This document shows, piece after piece, positions 9,223-19,065 of a DNA stretch of 37,591 nt. Each line of letters opens with the position of its first letter. The stretch's first letter is position 1. Location: contig DAOWLG010000001.1 in the NCBI GenBank assembly GCA_030643485.1, positions 1 through 37,591 on the forward strand, given 5' to 3'. A model generated the notes under the pieces. It searched no databases. It was not told where the DNA came from and was given only the letters and a program-made list of their open reading frames with translations. The stretch comes from Candidatus Nealsonbacteria bacterium (GTDB lineage: Bacteria; Patescibacteriota; Minisyncoccia; Minisyncoccales; JAGMDC01). The position numbers and the translations under genes are program-made.

Positions 9223-10616
9223 TAATCTAAAATAATCTCGATAGATTCAATTATTGGCGCGGTGTTTGCTGTGGCAGTTGTTTCTATTTTAAATTGCAAA
9301 GTATTCACTTCCTCTAAAAATATTGTTCCTTCCTTAATTTTTCTCAAAGTATCTGTTTGAGAAGATAAAAGGGTAAAAGTCCCTGCATGATTAATTTTGT
9401 GTTTTATTATTATATCAGTTCCTGCTGGGAGGGTTTGATACCCAATTTTTATTTTTGCCTTTTTTTGCTCCATTCTATTAAGCGCAATTATTCTGGTTTC
9501 GATATAAGCCCCATTATATTTATTTGTGTGATCTAATTTATCAATACCGTAAACCGCGCCGTCTTTCCATGAAACCAATACATCATCACCAACAATAGCG
9601 ATAGCCCCTATTTGAATATCAGCAGTTTTATTTTGAGAAATGATATGAGAAAGAGTCAAAATTTTTGGGTAATTACTTGAATATGCGCCAAGCGTATATA
9701 TTCCTTGTTTTGCTGGGTTGCCCGCCGAATTTGATAACCCAAATAATACCAATCCGTCATAGTTAGCGCTGGCCGTTGAATGAACAACAGCCTTGTTAGT
9801 TCCTTCCCAATCTCCGGGTATTCGCTTGAATAAATTTAAAGTTTGTCCTGTAAAAACATAAATTCTACCTTTAGTTCCACATTGAACAATAACCTGATTA
9901 TCAACAGGGATAAAGGAATTTATACCCAATTCAGGTACAGAATCTTCACTTGTCCAACTTTCGCTCCAGGTGTTCCATCTATAGATTTTAGTTAAATTTA
10001 TGTTGTCATTAACGAAAGTCCCGATAAGTAATTCATCATAAAAATCCGATAAGCTTTTAATTCTATATTTATCTTCTAAATCAAGGGCATTCGCTGTATA
10101 TACCGCGGCGCTATCAACTAAAGCTACCAAAGAACCATCGCCAATATACAAACCTAAAGATTTGGTCAACATGGGATGATAATCAGTATCTCCATTCGTA
10201 AAGATATTCCAGTCGTCATCTGCTGTATTCCAATTAGTACCAATTTGCCACCTGCCTAATTCATCATCTGCCCCATAATAAACATATCCATTAAATTCTG
10301 CCGAACCTGTTATTCCTTTTCCGTCTTCATGTGTTCTGACCAAAGAGTAAACTCCTGCTGATGTTCTTTTCCAAATTTTTCCTGTTGTCGCGCCAAATAG
10401 GTACGTATTACCGTCTGAACATGGGATTATCGTTTTCACAAAATCGTCAATAGTTGCTCCGCTTTCTTTTGTTAGCTTTTGAGAAACTTTGAGTACCCCA
10501 GGTTCAGCAAAAAGATTAAAACCTACAATTGAAAAAAGAGAGTTAGAAACTCCTTGATATATACTATCCGACAAACCGCCTAAGTTAAAATCTTGTAAGA
10601 ATATCCTGGTTGGCAT
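9222..10616 (-). CDS. Tail nozzle / packaged-DNA stabilization-type protein (beta-propeller-like)
   Basis: 464 aa, beta-rich, N-terminal DFNLGGLSD; lies between adaptor and fibre in short-tail synteny. Confidence 0.6.
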   Translation of the reverse strand: MPTRIFLQDFNLGGLSDSIYQGVSNSLFSIVGFNLFAEPGVLKVSQKLTKESGATIDDFVKTIIPCSDGNTYLFGATTGKIWKRTSAGVYSLVRTHEDGKGITGSAEFNGYVYYGADDELGRWQIGTNWNTADDDWNIFTNGDTDYHPMLTKSLGLYIGDGSLVALVDSAAVYTANALDLEDKYRIKSLSDFYDELLIGTFVNDNINLTKIYRWNTWSESWTSEDSVPELGINSFIPVDNQVIVQCGTKGRIYVFTGQTLNLFKRIPGDWEGTNKAVVHSTASANYDGLVLFGLSNSAGNPAKQGIYTLGAYSSNYPKILTLSHIISQNKTADIQIGAIAIVGDDVLVSWKDGAVYGIDKLDHTNKYNGAYIETRIIALNRMEQKKAKIKIGYQTLPAGTDIIIKHKINHAGTFTLLSSQTDTLRKIKEGTIFLEEVNTLQFKIETTATANTAPIIESIEIILD

Positions 10617-10631
10617 GACTTATTTTTTAAA

Positions 10632-10979
10632 TTAAGTAATTTCAAAAACAGTTAATAATTCTTTATAGATATGCGTTTCGGTCTCGGCATTCCACTTTAA
10701 CTCAGGATTGATGAATTTGTTTTTAGCTATATTATATTCGTTGATGGTCAACTCTCCACGAAAAGCGGCAAAATTAGTATAGTCAAGCACATCAACTAAT
10801 TTTCCCAGTTGGTCAGGAATTTTTACATTTTTAGTCGTTGCCCCTTCTTTTAGTTTGTTTAAAAGAGTAGTTGCGTCAAAAAGCAGTTCTCCAGGATACA
10901 TTCCTCGGCAAAGCCCAAAAAGCGTCTCTCTTGCTTTTTGTGATAGGGTCATTTTTACAGTTTTTTTTTCTGGAAGCAT
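10632..10979 (-). CDS. Hypothetical protein
   Basis: ATG ORF, tightly packed in the late operon. Confidence 0.75.
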   Translation of the reverse strand: MLPEKKTVKMTLSQKARETLFGLCRGMYPGELLFDATTLLNKLKEGATTKNVKIPDQLGKLVDVLDYTNFAAFRGELTINEYNIAKNKFINPELKWNAETETHIYKELLTVFEIT

Positions 10980-10998
10980 AGAAATAAATTAAGATTAA

Positions 10999-11235
10999 TT
11001 AGTTTTTAGTCCATGAAGTAACAATTTTAACGGCTTTCCTCCACCCGTTTAAAAGTATTCCGTTCAAATGAATAAAAAGTTGCCGGACCAATGTTATTTT
11101 TGTGATGAATACTTTTATTGGAGTTTTTGTAAAAGTGGGAGCAATAGTAATAATTTCAGCAAACGGGGTTTTTTCTGTTGATTTATTAACTTTAGACGCG
11201 ACAGTAATCGTATTATTAAGAGTTAGACTAGCCAT
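10999..11235 (-). CDS. Hypothetical structural protein
   Basis: Thr/Ile-rich ORF directly after 11238-11780. Confidence 0.65.
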   Translation of the reverse strand: MASLTLNNTITVASKVNKSTEKTPFAEIITIAPTFTKTPIKVFITKITLVRQLFIHLNGILLNGWRKAVKIVTSWTKN

Positions 11236-11237
11236 AA

Positions 11238-11780
11238 TTAATCAATATCAAATTTATGAGTAAGGGTGAGAGAATCACCATTGACAACATTAATAGCAGA
11301 AAAGACATTTCGATTGAGAAGTACCCCCGCGGCGGCAGCATTCAGCACACCGCTTTCAGTAACAGCAAAAGTGGCAGTTATACTGAAAGTTTTAGACATT
11401 TGAGCCGTATCATTAGCGACATCAGTGGTAACTCTGGTACAAGTAGCGGTTGTTCTTGCGCCGCCTCCTGTAGTTATTTCGGATTCAAGCGTAGTGTCAA
11501 CAACGTTAGCGGCGGTTGTACCAATACCTATAGCAACATAATTAAAGACAGCCTCGGCCCCGTTTCCATTTATTCGCGAAGCAACGCCAGCCATTCCAGT
11601 ATTAGTAATCAGATTATGGGTTTTCATAGAATTTGCCCAAAAACCAAACGGCCATATTTGAGGGGTTTTAATTCCCCAATTAAGCAAAAAATTCCCAAGT
11701 TTATTTAAGTTAAACAACAGCTTTAACTCACCATTTTTATCTTTTAAAACGTACTCAATATTAAATTTTATTTTTTTCAT
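11238..11780 (-). CDS. Virion structural protein (tail-collar-like)
   Basis: NLITNTG, YVAIGIGTTAANVVDTTLESE and ESGVLNAAAAG motifs. Confidence 0.65.
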   Translation of the reverse strand: MKKIKFNIEYVLKDKNGELKLLFNLNKLGNFLLNWGIKTPQIWPFGFWANSMKTHNLITNTGMAGVASRINGNGAEAVFNYVAIGIGTTAANVVDTTLESEITTGGGARTTATCTRVTTDVANDTAQMSKTFSITATFAVTESGVLNAAAAGVLLNRNVFSAINVVNGDSLTLTHKFDID

Positions 11781-11792
11781 TTTTTAAGAAAG

Positions 11793-12497
11793 TTAGTAGT
11801 TAGACCCGTCATTATAAGGGAGCATATATTCAGCGTCTCTATCCAGATTAATATTACGAATATCATTTATAGCCCTTTTTAAATCAAATTCAAAAGATCT
11901 TTCGTCTTCTGATAAAGGAATTGGTTTATCTTTACTTTCTTTGTACGCAATAATAACTTTACGCGCCAATAATTCATGTAGCTGTTTAGGCATTCCCCTA
12001 CTTATAGTGGAAGGATCTTCGCTCATATCGGTCGTGAAAGATAAATCTGTTATTGGGGCGGGGTACATGAGCCCCCACATTTTTAATCCGTTAGCTACAT
12101 CAATGATTGTGCTCCCGCTATATATATACAAAGAATTTTGAAAAATTCTATATTTTGGGTCAGTATCCTCAAAATTAGTGGTAATTGAACTTTCATCGCT
12201 AGTAACATCCATAAAAGCAATATCGATTTCATCAGCTATTACCCAATCAGTTCCGTCAAGGTTAATTTCAACTCTTTTAAGTTTAATTAGGTCATTTGGG
12301 AGAGAATACTGTCTTTGTCCTGCAACCAAATTAGCTTCAAATTTTGTACCCAAAATATCCTCATCAGCCTCCACGATTCTTTGAGCAAATTTCTCAATAT
12401 AAATGTTAGCCAGACGCATTATTTCAATATCGGTAAACAGCGTTGAATTAGTTTTTGTTTTATACCGAATATGTGCAGCAAAATCTGTAAAAATCAT
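11793..12497 (-). CDS. Head-tail adaptor-like protein
   Basis: LVAGQRQYSLPNDLIKLKRVE and MPKQLHELL patterns; follows the capsid genes. Confidence 0.7.
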   Translation of the reverse strand: MIFTDFAAHIRYKTKTNSTLFTDIEIMRLANIYIEKFAQRIVEADEDILGTKFEANLVAGQRQYSLPNDLIKLKRVEINLDGTDWVIADEIDIAFMDVTSDESSITTNFEDTDPKYRIFQNSLYIYSGSTIIDVANGLKMWGLMYPAPITDLSFTTDMSEDPSTISRGMPKQLHELLARKVIIAYKESKDKPIPLSEDERSFEFDLKRAINDIRNINLDRDAEYMLPYNDGSNY

Positions 12498-12536
12498 TAC
12501 ATTAAAATAAAAAAATCCGGCAATTTTCTTAAAAGC

Positions 12537-13028
12537 TTAAAGTCCTTCAGCGTTAGGATTAAATGGGAACGGGGTATCTCGATAGACCGCGTTAGGAACA
12601 ACTGTTGCATCATCCAGGTCTGTCGTACCTCCCACAAAATTACCTGTACCTGTAGGATTAACAATCACAAACCCTATAACACCCTCATTTTCTGGGACAG
12701 TGGGAAACACAATTGTACCAAGAGTTGCGCCTTCTGTTCCCATAGTAGCCGTTACAGTTCCTGACGAATTAATTGTCAGAACATACACATTAAATTTTGC
12801 GTTAGTAACTGTTCCTGCAAGAACAATTTCAGCAGTTGTTTTTAAAACTAACGTGCCATTTATTTTAGCGTAAATACTGTTTGCAATTTTAGCTTTGGGT
12901 TTTGATGTTCCAATAACAAGGCCAGCGGCGTTAAGAACAAGATCGCAAGCATTATCTTGAAGTTTTTCTAAGGAATTACGTAAATTTCGGACTAATAATC
13001 CTTGTTGAGTAGTTAAAGTTTTAGCCAT
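12537..13028 (-). CDS. Putative capsid decoration / minor structural protein
   Basis: Gly/Thr/Val-rich beta protein downstream of the capsid gene. Confidence 0.55.
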   Translation of the reverse strand: MAKTLTTQQGLLVRNLRNSLEKLQDNACDLVLNAAGLVIGTSKPKAKIANSIYAKINGTLVLKTTAEIVLAGTVTNAKFNVYVLTINSSGTVTATMGTEGATLGTIVFPTVPENEGVIGFVIVNPTGTGNFVGGTTDLDDATVVPNAVYRDTPFPFNPNAEGL

Positions 13029-13071
13029 AATTATAAAAACTTAAAAAATAAAAAATACCGGATTTTTCTTT

Positions 13072-13656
13072 TTAACTTAAAGCTTTTTGAGTTTCTGCGT
13101 TTCGATTTATGTTAAATGATTTATTTAATTCATTTTGTTCTGGATTCAATTGGATTTTCATATTTTCGGCCAACAGTTGCGCTACAGGTAAAGGCAATTC
13201 AACAAAAACACCTTTTTTAATGATTAATCTATAACCATTGATAGTAACTGTCTGAAACGCCCCCTCTTTTTCTCCTTCTTCCAAAGGAATGTGCATAGAC
13301 AATTTTTGTTGTCTAGCTAGATACGCCTTAGTTTTTTCAATATCCGTTTTACCTGCGAGTTCAATATCTTCGGGCGGTTTGGGATCAGGTATGGAATCAT
13401 GTACGGGATCAGGTAAATTGGGAACAAATGGAGAATTAGAAAATGATTCTAGTCTTTCATTCTTTTCTTTAATTTTTCGAATATATTCAGTTCGCTGAAA
13501 AATATAATTAACAAGGATTTCTTTTGTTGCTGTTTCATCAAAAGAAAGCGGTTTTCCTTCTTCCTTCAATTCTTGCACCATGAGCAGTAAATCGGGTTTT
13601 GAATTTTTAATCAATGCTCTTAAAGCATTATTTTTTTCAATTTCTTTTTCAATCAT
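13072..13656 (-). CDS. Capsid-adjacent hypothetical protein
   Basis: C-terminal VTINGYRLIIKKGVFVELPLPVA motif, recalled from genes that follow N4-gp56-type capsids. Confidence 0.65.
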   Translation of the reverse strand: MIEKEIEKNNALRALIKNSKPDLLLMVQELKEEGKPLSFDETATKEILVNYIFQRTEYIRKIKEKNERLESFSNSPFVPNLPDPVHDSIPDPKPPEDIELAGKTDIEKTKAYLARQQKLSMHIPLEEGEKEGAFQTVTINGYRLIIKKGVFVELPLPVAQLLAENMKIQLNPEQNELNKSFNINRNAETQKALS

Positions 13657-13688
13657 CTTTTTAAAAAAACTTAAGAAGTAAAGAATAA

Positions 13689-14651
13689 TTAAGCGCTTAC
13701 AGCAGTCTCAACTCTGACCAAAAAATCATCATTCAAAATTTTAGCTACGAAAGTTGCCTTCCAGCCGGAAGTTGCCCTTTGATCTAATGGATCACTTGAA
13801 CCGCCGGACCCAAGAGGTTTAATAATATTTTTTAAAGCTTCTCCTGAAATTCGACTCATTCCATACGCGTCCGTACCAAAAATTAAAGTGCCATAAACAT
13901 CAACTCCACCTGCGCCCAACCCCGTAAAAACTTTGGCATTGGTTGTTTCAATAAATCTTACTTCGTCAACTTTGCCAATTTCTCCATCTAGTATAGCCAT
14001 GTGATTAGCATATTTTTCAACAGGAGTAAATCCTGATAAAGCTTTTAAATCATAAGTTACATTGGGATGAACAATACCGAGATAACAAGAATTTACTGCT
14101 GAAGTATCGTACCCGTTGCCTGGTTTAATCATTCTTGTGATTTTTCTTGTTTTGTTGGTTTTTAACAGTCTTACAATTTTCTTGATTAGAGAGCCTGTCA
14201 TTAAATCCACACTAGTTACGGTTATTCTTGACGTTCGTCCTCCACCGTAATAAACGTTGGTCCCAGCAACGACAACATTTCGAGTAAGCTGATCCAGCGT
14301 ATCTCCTGCCTGATCGCCCAGAATTGCAGAAGTTTCGACTAGCACGGGGTCTTGAGATGAATAATCCACTACATCCGTGGTAGTAACAAAATCTCCGTAT
14401 GGTTGTACTGTAGCGTAAACGAGAGTAGAAACCAAACTACTTCCAACTGGGGTAATGCCTTCACTCAAGGGAGTTAAGGCTGCGGCAAGACAAGAATACC
14501 GTCTAAAAGCTATTCTTTGAGAACCTGCTTTTCTTGGAATATCTTTTATTTGGGCAAAAGGATAATAAGCCAAAAAAGGCGTAGCTCTAAAAAGCAAATT
14601 CCTATCATAAAAATTATTAACTTCGGGTGGTATATTTGTTGTTGTATTCAT
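13689..14651 (-). CDS. Major capsid protein, N4-gp56 family
   Basis: FRRY..L, PLSEGITP, YGDFV, GEIGKVDEVRFIET and GSSDPLDQRATSGWK motifs. Confidence 0.92.
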   Translation of the reverse strand: MNTTTNIPPEVNNFYDRNLLFRATPFLAYYPFAQIKDIPRKAGSQRIAFRRYSCLAAALTPLSEGITPVGSSLVSTLVYATVQPYGDFVTTTDVVDYSSQDPVLVETSAILGDQAGDTLDQLTRNVVVAGTNVYYGGGRTSRITVTSVDLMTGSLIKKIVRLLKTNKTRKITRMIKPGNGYDTSAVNSCYLGIVHPNVTYDLKALSGFTPVEKYANHMAILDGEIGKVDEVRFIETTNAKVFTGLGAGGVDVYGTLIFGTDAYGMSRISGEALKNIIKPLGSGGSSDPLDQRATSGWKATFVAKILNDDFLVRVETAVSA

Positions 14652-14669
14652 TTTAGTTGAAGTAAAATA

Positions 14670-15443
14670 TTAAGATCCCCGACGATTTACTTGATTTAGT
14701 TCTTTTGCGAACTCTTGATCAGACATTTTAGAAAAATCTTTTTTTATTGAGCCGTCAGAACGAGCTGATGTGCCGCCTGATTGTGATTCTTTAGCTTGTT
14801 TATCAGCATTTCTTGCTAGATGTGCGCCAATTTGTAATAAATCTTTGCCTGCGGCTGAATATGCAAGCTGCTCAATGGGAAGATTTTTATAAACGGGGTG
14901 TTTCCCCCATTTAATTATTTTTTTGTAGAAGGGTTTAAAAATAGGATTTTCTCCGACAAAATCTTTTGTGTCTTTTTCAAGTTGATTTATTTCTGAATTT
15001 TCTTGAGTTTGGCGTATCAGATCAAACTGGTCGCCATATTTATTTAATATATATTCATCAATCCGCTCTTTTTCTTTCTCTTCCAAACTTAAATTTGGGT
15101 TTTCTTCTCCCCGTCCTTCCAATTTAGCAATTTCTGCGTCCAATTCGGCTAGTTTTTTTGTTCCTGTTTTATTCTTCAATTTCTCTATTTTAGCTTGTTT
15201 TCGCTCAATTATATAAGCTAAATTATTTTTTCTTGTTGGAGGTTCTTCTCCTTCAGGGGGTGTTTGTTCTCCTTCAGGGGGTGTTTGTTCTCCTTCAGGG
15301 GGTGTTTGTTCTTCTCCTTCGGGGGGTGTTTGTTTTTCTCCTTCGGGGGGTGTTTGTTCTTCTCCTTCGGGGGGTGTTTGTTCTTCTCCTTCGGGGGGTG
15401 TTTGTTCTTCTCCTTCGGGGGGTGTTTGTCCTGGTTCTAACAT
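14670..15443 (-). CDS. Scaffolding protein with N-terminal acidic/proline repeats
   Basis: Immediately upstream of capsid; coiled coil; C-terminal DFSKMSDQEF. Confidence 0.8.
   Translation of the reverse strand: MLEPGQTPPEGEEQTPPEGEEQTPPEGEEQTPPEGEKQTPPEGEEQTPPEGEQTPPEGEQTPPEGEEPPTRKNNLAYIIERKQAKIEKLKNKTGTKKLAELDAEIAKLEGRGEENPNLSLEEKEKERIDEYILNKYGDQFDLIRQTQENSEINQLEKDTKDFVGENPIFKPFYKKIIKWGKHPVYKNLPIEQLAYSAAGKDLLQIGAHLARNADKQAKESQSGGTSARSDGSIKKDFSKMSDQEFAKELNQVNRRGS
15240..15428 (-). repeat. Tandem 21/24-bp repeat encoding (E)EQTPPEG, about 8 copies
   Basis: GGGGGTGTTTGTTC(TTC)TCCTTC units on the + strand. Confidence 0.95.
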
Positions 15444-15610
15444 TTTTAAATTAAACTTAAGATTTAAAATCTTATTAAATTTTTAAGGTTGTGAGAAAGC
15501 AATCAATTAAGTGTAGAAAACCACCGGGAAAAATCTCACCTAATTGATTGTTCTCCCAGAATCTTTATGATTTTTTTTATTTAAAAGATCATCTCTTTTA
15601 AAGTTAAGAA

Positions 15611-15775
15611 TTAATTAAGGATTAATTTAAACCCTTTTTTCAATAAAATATCTGAATTAAAAACTATTCCTGTACCCTGATTTTTTTGTTTGACACCGTT
15701 CAAAAAAACACCTAAACAGATATTAACAGAATTAAGCCTATATTCCAAATTATTCCGCCTAAAAATTTTTATCAT
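15611..15775 (-). CDS. Small hypothetical protein, 54 aa (not in ORF track)
   Basis: ATG overlaps the upstream TGA (ATGA); MIKIFRRNNLEY...KLILN*. Confidence 0.5.
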   Translation of the reverse strand: MIKIFRRNNLEYRLNSVNICLGVFLNGVKQKNQGTGIVFNSDILLKKGFKLILN

Positions 15776-16092
15776 TGTTTATTTTTTGATTTTTTAATTT
15801 CATCTACTTTATCAAAATAGGGGTCAGGATTTTTTATTTCTGTTTCTTCTTGTTGTAAAATTTTGAGATAATAATCAGGAAGATTAATTAAGCTTTGGTA
15901 TATTTTTAATCGATCTTTATCTCTATTTCTGTCTTCAAGAGTTTGATACTCTTTCGTCAATAAAAGTGATTTTAGATATTCTATATCATTTTTTTCTAAT
16001 AGTTCACAAACTAATTTCCAATTATCACTATTGTTAAGGATAGTTAATTTTTCTCTCAATTCTACTGCGTTTTTTAAATTTTGTAAAATCAT
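15772..16092 (-). CDS. Hypothetical protein downstream of portal
   Basis: ATGA overlap with the portal stop; 106-aa helical protein. Confidence 0.75.
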   Translation of the reverse strand: MILQNLKNAVELREKLTILNNSDNWKLVCELLEKNDIEYLKSLLLTKEYQTLEDRNRDKDRLKIYQSLINLPDYYLKILQQEETEIKNPDPYFDKVDEIKKSKNKQ

Positions 16093-18032
16093 CGGACTGA
16101 TTGTAAAGTTCTAGGAGTATTAAAATCAGGTTTAGGTTGAGATTGTCCAGTCAACATTTTTTGTTGTAAAGACTGTTGTTCTTGCGCGGAGGCAAGTTTT
16201 TGTTCGGGCAAAATTTCTGGTTGTTCTCTTCCTATTAGCAAAGCTATTTTATGTGCTAATATATGGGCTTCCGTTGAGGCTGTAGGATTGGCCGCCTCAT
16301 GTATTTCCAAATGTAAATCGTGATTTTGCGACATTCTAATTTCAGCAGGTTTATTTTTATTCAAATTTTCATTCTCTTTTTCAGCTTCCCATTCATCAAT
16401 AGATTTGGGGAAAATTTTATTGATTTCATCTTGTCTTAATCCGCTTAGTTTGGCGTATTTTTTAAGAGCATATTTTCGATTAGCATTTGGGTCTTGAAGA
16501 ATATGAGCCAATAAATTAGAGAATTTTTGGAGATTTGCTAAATCTTTAGCTTCTGAAATAACTGTACTTTCAATTTTAATATCGGGATCAACTCTGGAAA
16601 TAATATTGTCTCTTAAAAGCGGTCGAAAGACAGTGTTGATTCCCTTGATTCTAATAATCTTTTTATCAATTTTTTCATTAAAATGTTTCTTGTATAAATT
16701 GTACCACTGACGCCAAAACCTTTTTTCTGACCACCCAAAAATTTTGGCTGATAAAGAGTAGCGGGTATCAACACCTTTAGCCGCTAAACTTAATTCTGTG
16801 GCGGTTCTTTGTACTTTTGTTATATTACCTTGTTGAATATCGGGAGTGGCGGTAGCGCCTTGGGCCGCAGCATCAAGCTCATTCAAAATCCATGTTGTGT
16901 CATTTTTTACAGTTTGTCTTGGCACTTCTGCCACTGCGCCACCAATATCTCCGTCAACAGGAATAGTTTTATTGAATTGAAATTTTGTTAAATCTGATCT
17001 GTTTTTTATTCTAGTTCTATCATATAAATACATGGGGTAAAGTCCGCATTTGATACCCTGTAACGTGAGATTCTGAATAGCAGCTCTTGCTCGTTGTTTG
17101 TCTTCAACCATATCTGGAACCGATACCGAATCCCAATTAAAAGGGACAGGATAAATAACTCTATCTTCGATTGGTATATACCGTCTTGTTTGGTCTTTGT
17201 TTGTCCACAATATTTTATATCCAACTACCAATGACCGATTGTTGGCTAAAGTAACCAAAACAAGTTTTCCTTTTTTCATAGTAAACCATTCCAGAAGATT
17301 ATACCCCTGGTTTTCTCCTTCTAGTTGTTCTTTTTTTGTATCGTAATTTAACCCTGCTGCTTCGTTTCTTGCTCTTTTTGCTTCCTGCTGGGGGTCATTA
17401 ATTGACGTATCGGTTTTAAGTTTGTTCAAATTAAAATAATTCCCTGTTGTTTCCAATTCCCATTTAGTAGCTTGGAAATAATAACCTATGAATCGGCATG
17501 ATCCTCGCCCTTTTTTATCTCCGTTCACGCTTGAGGCACGTGGATCATGAAGTAAAGACATAGGATCAAGATTTTCTGGGATAGGTGTTTTTGTGATTGA
17601 GTCGTATTCAAGAAGTTTAACAAAACCTCTCCCAAAAAAAGTTGCGTCCCAATTCCAAAAATAATCAGTGATTTCTTTTTCCATTTCGTCATAATCGAAT
17701 ACAGCTAAAGCATTCAAATTTTCTGCTGTTTCCTGGTCTCCGTCTTCTCTAGCAAGAAAATCAACCGATAATTTATCATCGTATAAAGACGCTAAAACTG
17801 TTTGATGAATCTTGAAGAGTAAGGGATCACCAATAGCTTCCTTATCTTTTTTTTGGTTATTATAAATTTTTAATCTAATTGTCCATTTATCCCATTTAGG
17901 TTTTTGAGCGTCGTAAGATAATTGATATTCAGAATTTACTTGTTTTATTAAATCAGTAAAATCCTGATTTGAGTAATCAGTTTTTTCGTAGATTTCTATC
18001 TGTTTATTTTTTTCAACTTCTTTTTTAGCCAT
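16089..18032 (-). CDS. Portal protein (P22-like)
   Basis: 647 aa; WDATFFGRG, SVPDMVEDKQ and RTATE motifs; Gln-rich tail; position before scaffold and capsid. Confidence 0.88.
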   Translation of the reverse strand: MAKKEVEKNKQIEIYEKTDYSNQDFTDLIKQVNSEYQLSYDAQKPKWDKWTIRLKIYNNQKKDKEAIGDPLLFKIHQTVLASLYDDKLSVDFLAREDGDQETAENLNALAVFDYDEMEKEITDYFWNWDATFFGRGFVKLLEYDSITKTPIPENLDPMSLLHDPRASSVNGDKKGRGSCRFIGYYFQATKWELETTGNYFNLNKLKTDTSINDPQQEAKRARNEAAGLNYDTKKEQLEGENQGYNLLEWFTMKKGKLVLVTLANNRSLVVGYKILWTNKDQTRRYIPIEDRVIYPVPFNWDSVSVPDMVEDKQRARAAIQNLTLQGIKCGLYPMYLYDRTRIKNRSDLTKFQFNKTIPVDGDIGGAVAEVPRQTVKNDTTWILNELDAAAQGATATPDIQQGNITKVQRTATELSLAAKGVDTRYSLSAKIFGWSEKRFWRQWYNLYKKHFNEKIDKKIIRIKGINTVFRPLLRDNIISRVDPDIKIESTVISEAKDLANLQKFSNLLAHILQDPNANRKYALKKYAKLSGLRQDEINKIFPKSIDEWEAEKENENLNKNKPAEIRMSQNHDLHLEIHEAANPTASTEAHILAHKIALLIGREQPEILPEQKLASAQEQQSLQQKMLTGQSQPKPDFNTPRTLQSVR

Positions 18033-18232
18033 TATTGAATAGGGTTTTTAGTTTTGAATCTTAAAACAATATTTTTTAATCCTTCAACTATTAAAAACAA
18101 TCCTGAAATCAAAGCTTCTATACCAATTTCGCCGCCTAAAAAAGAACTAATAGTTAAAATAAAACCTCCTACCAACTCTAAGATTCCTGACCATACTGTC
18201 CTTGATTTATACCATTTTTTTAGTTCAGGCAT
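18032..18232 (-). CDS. Holin-like membrane protein
   Basis: KKWYKSRTVW start, two hydrophobic segments, LRFKT end. Confidence 0.65.
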   Translation of the reverse strand: MPELKKWYKSRTVWSGILELVGGFILTISSFLGGEIGIEALISGLFLIVEGLKNIVLRFKTKNPIQ

Positions 18233-18235
18233 TTT

Positions 18236-18352
18236 TTAAAAAATAAAGATATACGCAAGTATATTCACGATTAGAAAAATCAAAATCCCGCCAAAATACA
18301 AATAAATCACAAATTTTGCATAGTTTTCAGTATCAATGGGCGGATGTAACAT
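18236..18352 (-). CDS. 38-aa single-TM peptide (not in ORF track)
   Basis: MLHPPIDTENYAKFVIYLYFGGILIFLIVNILAYIFIF*; exactly fills the gap between neighbouring genes. Confidence 0.5.
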   Translation of the reverse strand: MLHPPIDTENYAKFVIYLYFGGILIFLIVNILAYIFIF

Positions 18353-18361
18353 TTTTTCAAG

Positions 18362-19063
18362 TTATTTTTTAATGATTATTATATGCCCGTAGTCTCCCCA
18401 TTTGGGCCCACCCCAAATTTTTTTTGGGATTTTTTTAATTTCAACTTTAAAATTTTTTATAAGTTTAGCATAATCTCTCACGTAAAGCCCTTCGCTAATA
18501 TTTCCTTTGGCTGAAAAATCTGGCGAATGAAATTCTAATAACACAATTTTCTTTTTTGTGATTCTGTAAAACTGATTCATAACTTCCTGGATTTTATCCG
18601 GGCCGATGTAAAGCAGCGTCGCACAAGTAAAAGTTACATCATAGCTATCATCAGGGATAGCTTTTAAAGCTTCTATTCCACCTTCAAACAAATGAACGTT
18701 TGTAACATTATTTTCCCTTAACTTTATTTTTCCGTCTTTGATAGCCTCGCTGCAAATATCCACTCCGCTTATTACCAGATTCTTTTTCTTTGTCTTTTTT
18801 GCGATCAAATACAAATTTATTCCGCTATTACATCCAAACTCAAAAAAACTGTTATTTTTGTAAACTTTTAAATGGTCAATTAGAAATTTCTTGCTTGGAT
18901 GATTTTCATGATCAAAAAATGTTGAGTCTTTTCTATTTTTCCAGTATTTAACGAATCTCTTCGTTTTTCCTAATTCAATATATTTATCTTGAATTTTGTA
19001 ATAAAAAAGGTTTTTTAAAAAATCAAACAATTTTGGAAAATATTTTTTTAAAATTTTCTTCAT
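18362..19063 (-). CDS. Class I SAM-dependent methyltransferase (not DNA MTase type)
   Basis: FEFGCNSGINL motif I, GVDI, YDVTFTCATLLYI; no DPPY/NPPY or PC motif. Confidence 0.85.
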   Translation of the reverse strand: MKKILKKYFPKLFDFLKNLFYYKIQDKYIELGKTKRFVKYWKNRKDSTFFDHENHPSKKFLIDHLKVYKNNSFFEFGCNSGINLYLIAKKTKKKNLVISGVDICSEAIKDGKIKLRENNVTNVHLFEGGIEALKAIPDDSYDVTFTCATLLYIGPDKIQEVMNQFYRITKKKIVLLEFHSPDFSAKGNISEGLYVRDYAKLIKNFKVEIKKIPKKIWGGPKWGDYGHIIIIKK

Positions 19064-19065
19064 AT

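Noticed and set aside
15233..15454. LLLRGVFV repeat ORF on the + strand
   Set aside because: Antisense reading of the scaffold EQTPPEG repeat.
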